Assembly (NCBI GenBank): GCA_000002445.1
Contig: AE017150.2
Span: 896,001 to 960,000 of the forward strand
Length of the DNA stretch: 64,000 nucleotides
DNA from: Trypanosoma brucei
Lineage: Eukaryota
Direction: 5' to 3'
Of the stretch, positions 29,431-41,400 are shown in pieces (positions within the stretch are counted from its first letter, which is position 1; every line of letters starts with the position of its first letter). Below the pieces are notes generated by a model. The model was given only the letters and a program-made list of their open reading frames with translations. It ran no database searches and had not been told where the DNA came from. A program made the translations under genes and the position numbers.

Positions 29431-32400
29431 ATGAATGAAGAACCACCTCAGATGGGGAAGTTATTGCTGGAAGCAGAGATCCCAGAGGAACTGTTGAAGG
29501 ACAAAACACCACAGGAACAAAACATAATCATGCGCGGTCACCTAACGCAGCGCCGCTTCGAGCAGAACGAAACGCCTGTTGTTCGGGATGTGGTGCGGCA
29601 AAAGGTGAAGGAAGACGTACGACAGCTGGGGCTGAAAACATATCCTGCGCAACGACGAGCGCAGACGACTAACCAACTGAACGTCATGCGGGAGATGCAC
29701 CAGGCCACGAAATTCAGAAATCCTACGGCAGCCCCATTGCCAATGCGGTTACCGCCACTTCTAGGAAAAATGCTGCGGCGGCAAAACAGTACGGGTGCGA
29801 AATCTACGCTGCTCGCACAGGATGGCGGTGCAAGTGCGGTGAACCCCGACGCTGAGGTTGAGAAGGATGGAAAGAGGTTGGCCTCGGCACAAGGGCAAGG
29901 TGACAGAGTTAATCCCTCTGCGAGTGGACGAAAATACTTTTTGTTGGAAGATTTTGATAGCACCGATTTTGAGCTTCATACGCCGGAAGAGTGGGTTGCG
30001 CTCGGCGAAGCATGTGGGGGTACGCCGGCGCGGTCGCGCTACTTCATCAAAACAACGAATGGGACGGAGTGGCGTCCATGTCGTGTCGTGGCGTACAATG
30101 AGTCCAGCTGTTGCTACCGCATCGTGTGGGAGTGCGATGGTTGTAGCAAGTGGACCACCAGGCTGAACATTATATTTGATGATGAAAGCGAGTTGAAGTG
30201 GCTTGAGCGTGTACGGCAAGCTGAGGCATATCGAGATGAAACAGAAGCAGCGCTTCGGAGTCGCCTGTACATAGAACAGCTCGACAAGAGCATTCTGGCT
30301 CCAATGGATCAGGTGCAAATGGAGCGGATTCTCTCCCTCGTTGCCCGTCGGTTTCCAATCACAACGCTATCGCTTGTTGATTGTTGTACGCGCGAGGTGG
30401 AAGAACTCTACTATTACAGTCTCAAGCGAGCGCAACACTGGCGGGAGATGGTGAGTGACCCAGAGGAACGGAAGAGAGCACACTTACTGGGACTTCCACC
30501 TCCACCGCCAGGGATGGTGACCGAGACATATACTGAGTCGACGAAGGAGTTACGCGGCACAATTGACACACCATCACCCAATTTTGAGGCCGCACGACAG
30601 TTCGTGGCGGAAAATCTCTTCCAGACACATTTGCTACTGAATACGACCATTCATTCCATTCACTCACAGTGGGGCGAGTACAAGTCTCAGTTGTTCTGCT
30701 TAACACAGTACGGCAAGGGTGACACACCGCTGCAGCTCCGATTGTTCAGTGACATGCAGTCGCACCGCGGTATTGCCACTGCCGAGAAGTTGCGGAATGA
30801 GTGGAGTATGAACGTACGGTACACAATCCTGAACAAGCTGGACCTCCATTTCAAGTTTTATGAAGATGATATAAATCGATACAACGGCAGTCGCATGAAC
30901 CGCTTTGTGAACCTTGTCAACATCATGATGACATCTCAGCTACGTGAGTTACTGGTCGCCTCGCTACAGGAATATGCCGACTTTATCTATCAGTACCGTA
31001 CAGTACCGCTTGACGGCGATGAGGAGATGGAAGAGCTTCAGGAAGACATTGAAGAGGCTCAACACTGGGTGAGACGTCAAAACGAGTGGAAAGCGAAACT
31101 GCGCGCTGACGCTGAAGGAGAACAAGAGCGGTTGCGCAGTGGTGGCGCATCGGCTGGCCCCACAGGCAGTTCCCGCCGTGTCCCGCCTAAGGCCGAAGAG
31201 GAAGATGCGGATGGGGAGGTACCCTTTGTTTGGCGGCTGGGCCAATTCCGGAACAGTATACCGTACACAAGGAGAGTAGTCGAAATGACGATGAACACAC
31301 GCGGCTTACAGCCACTGTTTATACTGAACCTCGTGGAGGAGGACGGCCGCGTTGTATTCTTCCCCACACTTGAGGAAGTCAAACTTCGTGTGCGCGGTGT
31401 CTTTGAGAGCTGTTTCGAACATGCGGATAGAATACAAGGTATGGGTGATCAGCTTTTCCCCTTGTTGCAGCTCCCGCAGGTGATACTCCAACCTCTCGGC
31501 CCGCAGGAACCAGTTGTGTGTGAGGCACGTCGCTTGATTGACAAGGCTCTTGAGGACAACGTCGAGGCCCCTATGCAGCTTCTGCAAATGTACCAAACTT
31601 TTGAGTACATACTACGACTTGATCCTAACGACCTTGTTGAGGAGGCAAACGAGCGTCAGTTGTCCTTGCACGACTTCGACTGGACGTTCGAGCGACTCAC
31701 TCGTGACAAGGAGCGCATTGTGCACCGTACGCATAATCATGTCAAGTACGAAATGTTTTTTATTGACTGTACAGGGATTAAAACAACACTAATCACAAAA
31801 GCAACCAATGTTCAGGACGCGTTGATGGAAGCACTAGCGCAGCGTCTAAGGGGAAATTGTACTTCTATTATAAATGAATATAATATGATGAGTAATCGCA
31901 TGGCGGTGGAGCCTCGAACACCGGAAGAGTTGCAGGAGCTACGTGACTTCCTTGATGCTATTCCGGGCCGTCAGGAACAAATAAACGTGGTGTTCGACAC
32001 CGTCACCTCTGGCTTTGACCTTCTGTTCAAATACAGATATGACTTCTCCCCTGAGGCTTGCTACGACTACCACACAGCATATGAATGGCCGCGGCTCTTA
32101 CAACAGGGGTTGGAGGATGGGAATTTCCGCAGCAGAGAGTACCGCACACTCCTTATGCAGGTTCTCCGCGACAACTGCGAGGTGCTCACAGAAAACATTG
32201 TCCGTTTGGCCAACACTGTGGAGGACTTCACCCATTTTGGCGACGATGCACGCGCCGATCAGTACTACGAGCATGCTAAAGCATTGGAGCAGCGCATCAG
32301 GGAACACCAGGCCCAAATGCAACTGTACAACAGCCATGAGACGCTATTTGCCCTTCCGCAATCGAAGTGGCCGCAACTGAAGGCTATTAAAGCGCAACTG

Positions 32401-35400
32401 GAACCGTATTACGTGCTGTGGGAGGTTGTAAGTCACTTTCAAAACGAGAGTGAGCGCTGGCTGAATACGCGCCTCCACGCGCTACAACCGTTCGAAGCTG
32501 ATCGACAACTAACGGACTGGGCGAAAAAGGTAGCAGTTGTGTCTAAAAAGATTAAGGAGGCGGAACCACTAGCTGTGGCAAAGCGAATCCGTGAAAATAT
32601 AGCCATCTTCAAGCCGAACATTTCTCTGCTGTATGCGCTTCGGAGTAACTTACAGGCGACGCACTGGAAAGCCATTTTCCAAGTGTGCGGTGTGCCGAGG
32701 GAAAAGCAAAATTTAGGTGCCGGAGGCTCGGAGTCAAACGATTCTCGGCCATTCAGTGACTTCATCAAACTAGGCATGCTGGACTTCATGCCTCAGATAG
32801 AAAGCATCGCAGCCGTAGCGCAGAAGTCGTTCGAGTTGGAAAGTGAGCTCATGGCGATGGAGACGGAATGGAAGAAGCTCCTCTTTGAGATTGAGCCGTA
32901 CCAAGATACATACAAGCTCAAGGCAAATGATATCATGCAGTTGACTTTGGATGAGCACATACTAAAGACGCAATCTATGCTGGGGAAGCCGATTGTGCGC
33001 CAAGCTCCCGCGCTTCAGGCGCGCGTACTACAGTGGGAGAAACTGCTAGACAAGGTTCAATGTACAATGGATGAATGGTTCAAGTGCCAGGGCACGTGGG
33101 CTTACCTTGAGCCTATTTTTTCGTCTGCGGATATTTCCCGCAGCTTGCCAAAGGAGAAACAGCTTTTTGTTGTCATCGATGAGTCGTGGCACAAAATTAT
33201 GGAACAGGCGCGCACCACACCGCAGATACTAACTAGATGCCAAGATGAATTGCTGCTGCGGACGCTAGTTGAAAATAACAACAACCTTGACATCATTCTT
33301 AAGAAGCTGCAACAATTTCTCGAAACGAAGCGAATGGCCTTTCCGAGGTTCTACTTCATTTCTAATGAGGAGTTGCTTCAAATATTGTCGGACAGCAAGG
33401 ATCCATACCTCGTGCAACCGTATCTCAGCAAGTGTTTTGAAGGCATTAAGCGTATTCATTTCGCGGATGCGCATGATATCCTTGCAATGGAATCATCTGA
33501 AGGGGAAGTCGTGCGTCTAGTAAAGACAATTAACCCGAATGATTTCCAAAATAGAGTAGAGTTATGGTTGCAGGGTCTGGAGACTACTATGAAGGAAACC
33601 ATTTTAGACCAACTGAAGCAGGCGACGGCTGATTATGTACAACGCAAAAAGCGGGCAGAATTTATTCGTGCATGGCCAGGCCAGGTGGTTATTGCCATCT
33701 GTTCGCTTTATTGGACTATGGAGGCAACAGAGGCGATGAGTAAGGAGGGAACTGTGGGTCTGACAAGTTACCACGAGAAGTGTGTTGGACAGCTCGACGA
33801 ACTTATTGTACTCGTGCGAGATCGCAACCTCGCAGTGGTGGAACGGTGCACGTTGGAAGCGCTGGTCGTAGTGGAAGTGCACGCGAAGGATATCATAGGG
33901 CAGCTTTCAGAGAAAGGTGTGGATTCACCGAAAAGCTTTGACTGGCTGGCTCAGCTACGGTACTACTGGGAGGAGGGCCACCTTCAAGTGCATCAAATTA
34001 ATGCCTCGCTACGCTACGGCTACGAGTACTTGGGTAACACCGGCAGGCTTGTCATCACACCGTTGACGGACCGTTGCTATCGGACTCTCATTGGTGCACT
34101 GCACTTAAACTACGGTGGCGCACCGGAAGGCCCTGCTGGTACCGGAAAGACAGAAACAACAAAGGATCTTGCGAAAGCTCTGGGTAAGTACTGTGTGGTG
34201 TATAACTGCTCAGATCAGATCACAGCGAAGGATATGGCAAAGCTCTTCAAAGGCCTATCGCAGTCAGGATCGTGGGGGTGCTTTGATGAATTCAACCGTA
34301 TTGAAATTCAGGTCCTTTCTGTGATCGCGCAGCAGGTAGCGGTAATTCAGGAAGCTATTATCCAGAAGCGCTCGGAATTTATATTCGACGGCGCGCAGAT
34401 TCGCTTGGATCCTGGCTGTGCTATCTTTATCACCATGAATCCTGGGTACGCTGGACGTGCTGAGCTTCCAGATAACCTCAAGGCGCTTTTTCGACCGGTG
34501 GCAATGATGGTGCCCAACTATGCTATGATTGGTGAGATTCAGCTGTATTCATACGGTTTCCTCTATGGTAAGGAGTTGGCGGAAAAGATCGTCGCCACTT
34601 ACCGTCTGTGCTCGGAACAGCTATCATCTCAGGACCACTATGACTACGGTATGCGTGCCGTGAAGGCTGTGTTGACTGCGGCTGGTCGCTTGAAGAGGGC
34701 GTACCCTGACGAAGACGAAATGGTACTGATGCTGCGTTCCATCCAAGATGTTAACCTTCCCAAGTTCCTGACGCAGGATGTGGAACTTTTTAAGGGAATC
34801 ATTTCCGATTTGTTCCCCGGTGTGAACTTACCAGAACCCGACTATGTGGACATGCACAATGCCCTTGTGAAGGTGTGTACAACACGTAATTTGCAGCTCA
34901 CGCCCTACTTTGAGCTGAAGGTGAGGCAGACGTATGAAATGATTGTTGTGCGTCACGGAATGATGTTGGTTGGGTATTCTTTTGGTGGAAAAACGAAGGT
35001 ATTGCACTGTCTGTCAGAGTCTCTTGGCCTCATGGAAGCTGTTGGGAAGGAACGACGCACACGTCTCTTCACAATGAATCCAAAATCAGTAACGATGCCA
35101 CAGTTGTACGGCAAGGTGGAGCAGTCGGGTGAATGGACGGACGGTATTCTACCCTACAGATTCAGGCTCGCTGCGCAGGACACTTCCACCGACCGTAAGT
35201 GGCTTGTCCTTGACGGGCCTGTAGATGCAGTGTGGATTGAGAACATGAATACTGTCCTCGACGATAATAAAAAACTCTGCCTTCAGAATGGTGATATCAT
35301 CGCAATGTCCAAAGAGATGAATCTTATATTTGAGGTACAAGATCTCGCGCACGCTTCACCCGCCACCGTCTCCCGTTGTGGTATGGTATATGTGGAGCCG

Positions 35401-38400
35401 GACTCCCTTGGTTGGCGTTGCCTAATCGACTCCTACTTCAACACCATTCCGGAGCAGCTGCGAAAGGAAGAAGCTGCCGTAGCAGCTCTGCGCAAACTTG
35501 TGGACGTTTTTCTGCAACCTATGCTGGATGTGGCGCGGAGGGAGGTAAAACCGGTGATTCCCCAGGGTGCCCTTGTGGCTGTGTCGGGCTTTATCAAGCT
35601 CTTCTCGACGCTCTTGTCCAGCCTCCCCTCTGCTGAAGAGACCGCGGCGGCGGCGGCCGTAGACCCCTCCACGCTAGAGCGCAACCTTCTAATGAAGATT
35701 GAGGGCTGGTTTCTTTTCTCGCTTGTTTGGTCCGTCGGGGGATGCCTCTTTACAAAGGATCGCGCTATATTCAGCAATGCACTGCACACTCTAATTTCCT
35801 CCGCAGCTTCAGAGGGCTTGTACAAATTTGTCCTTCCCCTTATGGAAAACAAGCGCTCCTTCTTCGACTTCCGTCTAGAAACGGAGGACGGCGTTCGTTT
35901 CGCCCAATGGATCGACTACGTGCCGAGTTTGGTTATTGAAGAGGAGACCGAATACCAAGACGTCATTGTACCAACAAGCGCACAGTTGAGGTTCTCGTAC
36001 CTGACGCAACTTATGATCAATTCCATGCATCCAGTTCTCCTAGTTGGTGACACAGGAACTGGTAAGACAATTATGATGAAGGCTTTGCTAAAGTCGCTTC
36101 CTGAGGACACATACGCGCTCAATATGATCCAGTTTTCCGCGCAAACATCCGCTGGTAACCTCCAGCGGCGCATCGATGGTAGTTTAGAAAAGCGCCGCAA
36201 GGGGGTATATGGCCCGCCCATCAACAAAAGAATGATTATCTTTGTTGACGATACCAACCTGCCCCAAGTGGAGGAATATGGCGCCCAACCACCAATTGAA
36301 CTGCTCCGTCAGTTTCTTGACCATGGTGCCTGGTACAACCACTCGAAGGATGGCATTGAGTACCGTCGGTTGGTGGATGTTTTGTTAGTCTGTGCGATGG
36401 GTCCTTCAGGTGGAGGACGGAGTGAAGTTACCCAGCGGTTTGCCAGGCATTTCAACAGTATCGCCGTTCCAGCCTTTGACGAGCCAACCCTACAGAAGAT
36501 ATTCACAACCCTGATAGACTGGATTTTGGGGAAGGGTTTCCCTCCGGCGCTTCGAGGGATGGGTTCGGCACTTGTCAGTGCGACAGTGGAGCTTTACGAA
36601 ACGTTAGTGGACAAGTTGAAGCCCTCACCGGAGAAATCACACTACACTTTCAACTTACGTGACGTGAGCAAGGTGTTTCAAGGTATCGACATGGCTAATC
36701 CGGCTAAAATCACAGATGAGTTGAAACTTGGGCAGTTGTGGTTGCACGAAGTCTCCCGCGCCTTTGCCGATCGCTTCACGGAAGATAAGGACACGGCATG
36801 GTTCTTCGGCGAGGTATGCAAGTTATCGATGAGTCACCTGAAGTTATCGTTAGATAGTGTCAAAACTGCGGAGATTCCAACTCTGTTCTCCACGTTTATG
36901 AACGAAGAGGGTGTTTATGAGGAGATCACTGATGCGGCGGAGGCCCGAAGGGTGCTGGAGGGTAAAGTAGAGTCGTACAATGCTTTGTCGGGCTCTGGAG
37001 AGCTGGATCTCGTTATATTCAATTATGTGCTGATACACGTAGCGCGCATCTGCCGGGTTCTTCACCAGCCTGGTGGCCATCTTCTTCTGATCGGTGTCGG
37101 TGGAAGCGGGCGGCGGAGCTGCGCTAGGTTCGCCGCTTTTCTGCAAGAATGTGACTACATGACCATTACACCCACGAAGGACTACGATCATTCCAACTTC
37201 TTAGATGACATCCGTACCCTGTTGTTGCGCACGGGTAGAGATGGTTACACCACTGTCTTTGTTATGGCGGACACACAGATCTCATCAGAAAATTTCTTGG
37301 AAGATATTTGTAGTCTTCTGAACACCAGCGAGGTTCCTGGTATATGGGACGCGAAGCAGGATAAGGAAGCATATGAGGATGCCGTGGCTGCGCTCCGTGA
37401 GGTTGGAAAGGAGCTCGGTCGTCCTGATAGTGCCGAGGCTTTACAAGCCCTATTCACGGAGCGCTGTAGAAAGTACATGCACATTGCCCTCTGTTTCTCG
37501 CCCATTGGCAGTGCGCTACGTGATAGACTTCGTAAGTTTCCCTCCTTAGTGAACTGCACAACCATTGATTGGTTCAGTGATTGGCCAGAAGACGGTCTGC
37601 GCTCCGTCGCGGCAAGGTTCCTTTCAAAGGTGGAACTCACGGAACGGGAGCGCGCGGCGGCGGAGGAGATGTTCGTGCAGTTTCAGCAGCAAGTGCGTGA
37701 CCTTGGAAGAGTGTACTTTGATGAAATGAGGCAGTATACCTATGTGACGCCAACTTCCTACTTGGATCTGCTCTCAACTTTTGCCCGCATGCTGTGCGAA
37801 AAGCGGACAGAGCTCACGGCCATGATGCACCGTTACGCCAATGGTTTGACGCAGTTGAAGAAGACGGAGGACCAGGTTGAGGTCATGCAGCAGGAGCTGG
37901 CTCTAATGCGACCGGAGCTTGCGAAGAAGCAGCTGGAGACGGATAATCTAATCAAAGAAGTGGAACTGGAGAGTAAACTCGCGGAGGAGCAGCGCGCCAT
38001 CGTTGCCGTGGATGAAGCGGCAGCGAATGAACAGGCAGCAGCTGCAAAGGAGATCAAAGATGCTTCGCAGCAGAAGGTGGATGAGGCGCAGCCGCTCGTG
38101 GAGCAGGCGCAGCGTGCGGTTCTCGACCTAGATCCAAAGGCTCTGCAGGAGATCAAGGCACTTAAAACGCCACCTCAGGGTGTGAAGTATGTAATTGAAG
38201 TTCTGTGTACGTTGCTGGGTGGGCAGTATAAACCGAAGGCAGTGCGTGACGCCCTCACGGGAAGCGTAACAGTTCCATACTGGGAACATGCCAAAGTTAC
38301 ACTGCTTACGGCAGAGTTCAAGAGCACGCTGCTGAATGCGTATCCTGTGATTGTCGATACCGCACCTAATGAGCAAATAGAGGAAGTGAAGAAGAAGATG

Positions 38401-41400
38401 ACAAACGACATGTTCAAAAACGAGAACATTAAAAAGACTTCTGTGGCGCTTCTTGGTGTGGCGACGTACATCCGAGCGGTGGTGGAGTACTACAAGCAGA
38501 ACAAGATTATTAAACCGCTACTGGCGCAAGCCGCGGCGGCGCAGCAAGAATACGATGCTGCCATGGAAAGTTTAAACAGGAAGAAGGAAGAACTGCGTAT
38601 TGTAAATGAAAAGTTAGAGGCGCTCACGAATCACCTTGAGGCCGTGAAGAAAGATAAACAGGATCTGGAAGAGAAGGTAAACGACACAGATGTCAAACTT
38701 ACTCGTGCGAAAAAACTTATCGAGGGCCTCGGCGGTGAAAAGGTGCGGTTTGCCGGGGAAAGCAAGCGATTTGAAGAAGAGCTCAAGTACGTGGTGGGCA
38801 ATGTCGTTGTTAGCGCCGGTGTCGTCGCCTACATGGGACCATTCTTGCACAAATACCGTGAGAGGGCCACTCGAACATGGCTTGACATGTGCAAGAAACA
38901 TAACATGTTGGTGTCAGAAGACTTTGCGCTGGCGAAGTTCGTTGGGTCGCCCATCGATATCCAAGCATGGAAGCTCCAACAGCTCCCCTCCGATAGCTTC
39001 TCAATTGACAATGCAATCATCGTGAAGACATCTGGTAGGTGGCCATTGTTCGTAGATCCGCAACAACAAGCGAATAACTGGATTCGAAACATGGAGCGCG
39101 CCAACGATTTGATTATCACGCGACCTTCAGAGGCCGACTGCATGAAAGTAATCCGGAATGCCGTCTCGCAAGGGCAACCCGTGTTGTTTGAGTGCGTAGA
39201 GGAGACGTTGGACCCGACTCTTGAAAATCTGCTTCTTAAGCGCCTGACACGGGAGGGAAATCTCATGGTAGTCCATCTCGGAGAGCCTGTCGTTTATAAT
39301 GAAGGTTTCCGCTTCTACATGACAACCAAGCTTCCACGGCCACACTACCTCCCGGAGGTGAGCACAAAAGTGACGTTGATTAATTTCATGATAACTCAAC
39401 ATGGCCTGCAAGACCAGTTGTTACAGCGTGTCATGATGAGTGAACGGCGCGAAGTTGAGGAGAAGAAGCAGGCCCTGACGCTGGAAGCGGCAGAGAACCA
39501 GGCGAACTTGAAGACGACGGAGGATAAAATTCTCGCGATTCTATCGTCCGAGGGGAATATACTAGAAAGTGAGACGGCTATCGAGGAGCTCGACAGCTCC
39601 AAGGTGCAAAGTGACCAGATCGCGAAGCGCCAGGGAGAAATTGAGGCGATGGAGCGCATTAGTGACCGCACGCGAAGCCTTTTTGTTCCTGTTGCTAACC
39701 TAGGCGCGACTCTTTTCTTCTGTGTAACAGAGTTGGCTAACATTGACCCCATGTATCAGAATTCGCTGAGCTCCTATGTGACAATCTTTCAGGAGGCTCT
39801 GCAGACCAGCGAGGCGTCTGAAGACGTGGAGGCACGCAACCTCAACATAAAGTTGACATTTCAAAAATCACTGTATCAACGGATCTGCCGTTCTCTGTTT
39901 GCTCGGGATCAGCTCCTCTTCTCTTTCATTATGTGCCTAAAGGTGCACGAGGTGGATCCGAGGCAATTACGTTGGCTGCTTACAGGTGGTTTTGAGGCGG
40001 ATGAGGGAATGACACCTAACCCCTTCGCATCATGGCTCCCTAGTCAATGCTGGAAACTTGTTTGGCGCGCCAGCACACAGCTCCCAGAACTGAAGTCACT
40101 GCAGGATATGGTACGTGAATATGAGTCGTTCTTCCGTAGTTACTACGAGGAGCCTGATCCTTTCGCTGTTGAGAAACCAGAAGCTATTGCTCAACTGTCT
40201 GACATATTGCAACTCATTATCGTTCGCTGTTTTCGCACAGACAAGATCGTCCCCGCGGTGACGGCGTACGTACATCATAAACTGGGCAGTTTTTTTGTTG
40301 AGCCGTCACTGTACACTCTGGACGAGGTGGTTACTGAGCTTGAAGCTGATCCTTCAGTACCACTAGTTTTGGTACTGTCGCCTGGTGCCGACCCAAATGT
40401 GGAGCTGGACCGTCTTGCGGAGCAGCGAGGGATGAGTGCTCGTCTTTCTAAGCTTTCTTTAGGCCAGGGTCAAGGTGTGTTCGCGCGTGAACTCATAGAG
40501 GAGGGCGTGCAAGCTGGAAACTGGGTGCTGTTGCAGAACTGTCATCTATACCAAGACTTTATGCCGGAACTTTCGCGTATTATTGAGAACTACAGCGATA
40601 GCACGGCCAAAATGAACCTGCATGCACAATATCGCCTCTGGCTCACATCACTTCCGAGCGAAACGTTCCCCATCTCCATCCTGCAGAACGGTGTGAAGCT
40701 TGTGCAGGAACCACCAAAAGGACTAAAGAGCAACCTCCTTCAGTCGTATCTTTCTGATCCTGTTTCCGATCAGACCTTCTTCAACTCCTCAAATAAGCCT
40801 GAGGCGTGGCGCAGAATGCTTTTCGGGTTGTGCTTCTTCCATGCCGTAGTGCAGGAACGTCGCCAGTTTGGACCGCTAGGATGGAACCGTATGTATGAGT
40901 TTAATGATACCGACAGGCGCATCAGCGTGCGGCAGTTGCACATGTTTCTTGAAGAGAGTGACGAAATACCGTACGAAGCCCTTCTGTACCTTACCGGGCA
41001 ATGCAATTACGGGGGGCGTGTAACAGACGACTGGGACCGCCGCTGCCTCATGGCAATTCTCTCGCTGTACATAACCCCCATGGTCCTCGACGATGATTAT
41101 GCATTCTCCGCTGAGGCACCTGAATACTTCGTCCCTCCATTTGGAGAGTACAACTCCTACGTGGAGCATATTCAAGAGTTGCCGCTTCAGCAACCACCCG
41201 CTGTATTTGGCCTACATGAGAACGCGAATATCACAAAAGATGAGAGAGACGCAAGGAATCTGCTTGAGGCTACGCTCTTGACTCAACCAAGGGACTCCTC
41301 TGACACTACATCAAAGTTAGATCCAAAGGCAACGGTTAAGGAAATGGCACACCACGTCTTCTCTCGTCTCCCGGTACTATTCGACATTGAGCAAATACAG

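Noticed and set aside
29538-30318. Antisense ORFs of 141-185 aa inside the dynein heavy chain gene
   Set aside because: They are embedded opposite an unambiguous 12.7-kb coding region and are typical GC-rich antisense open frames.
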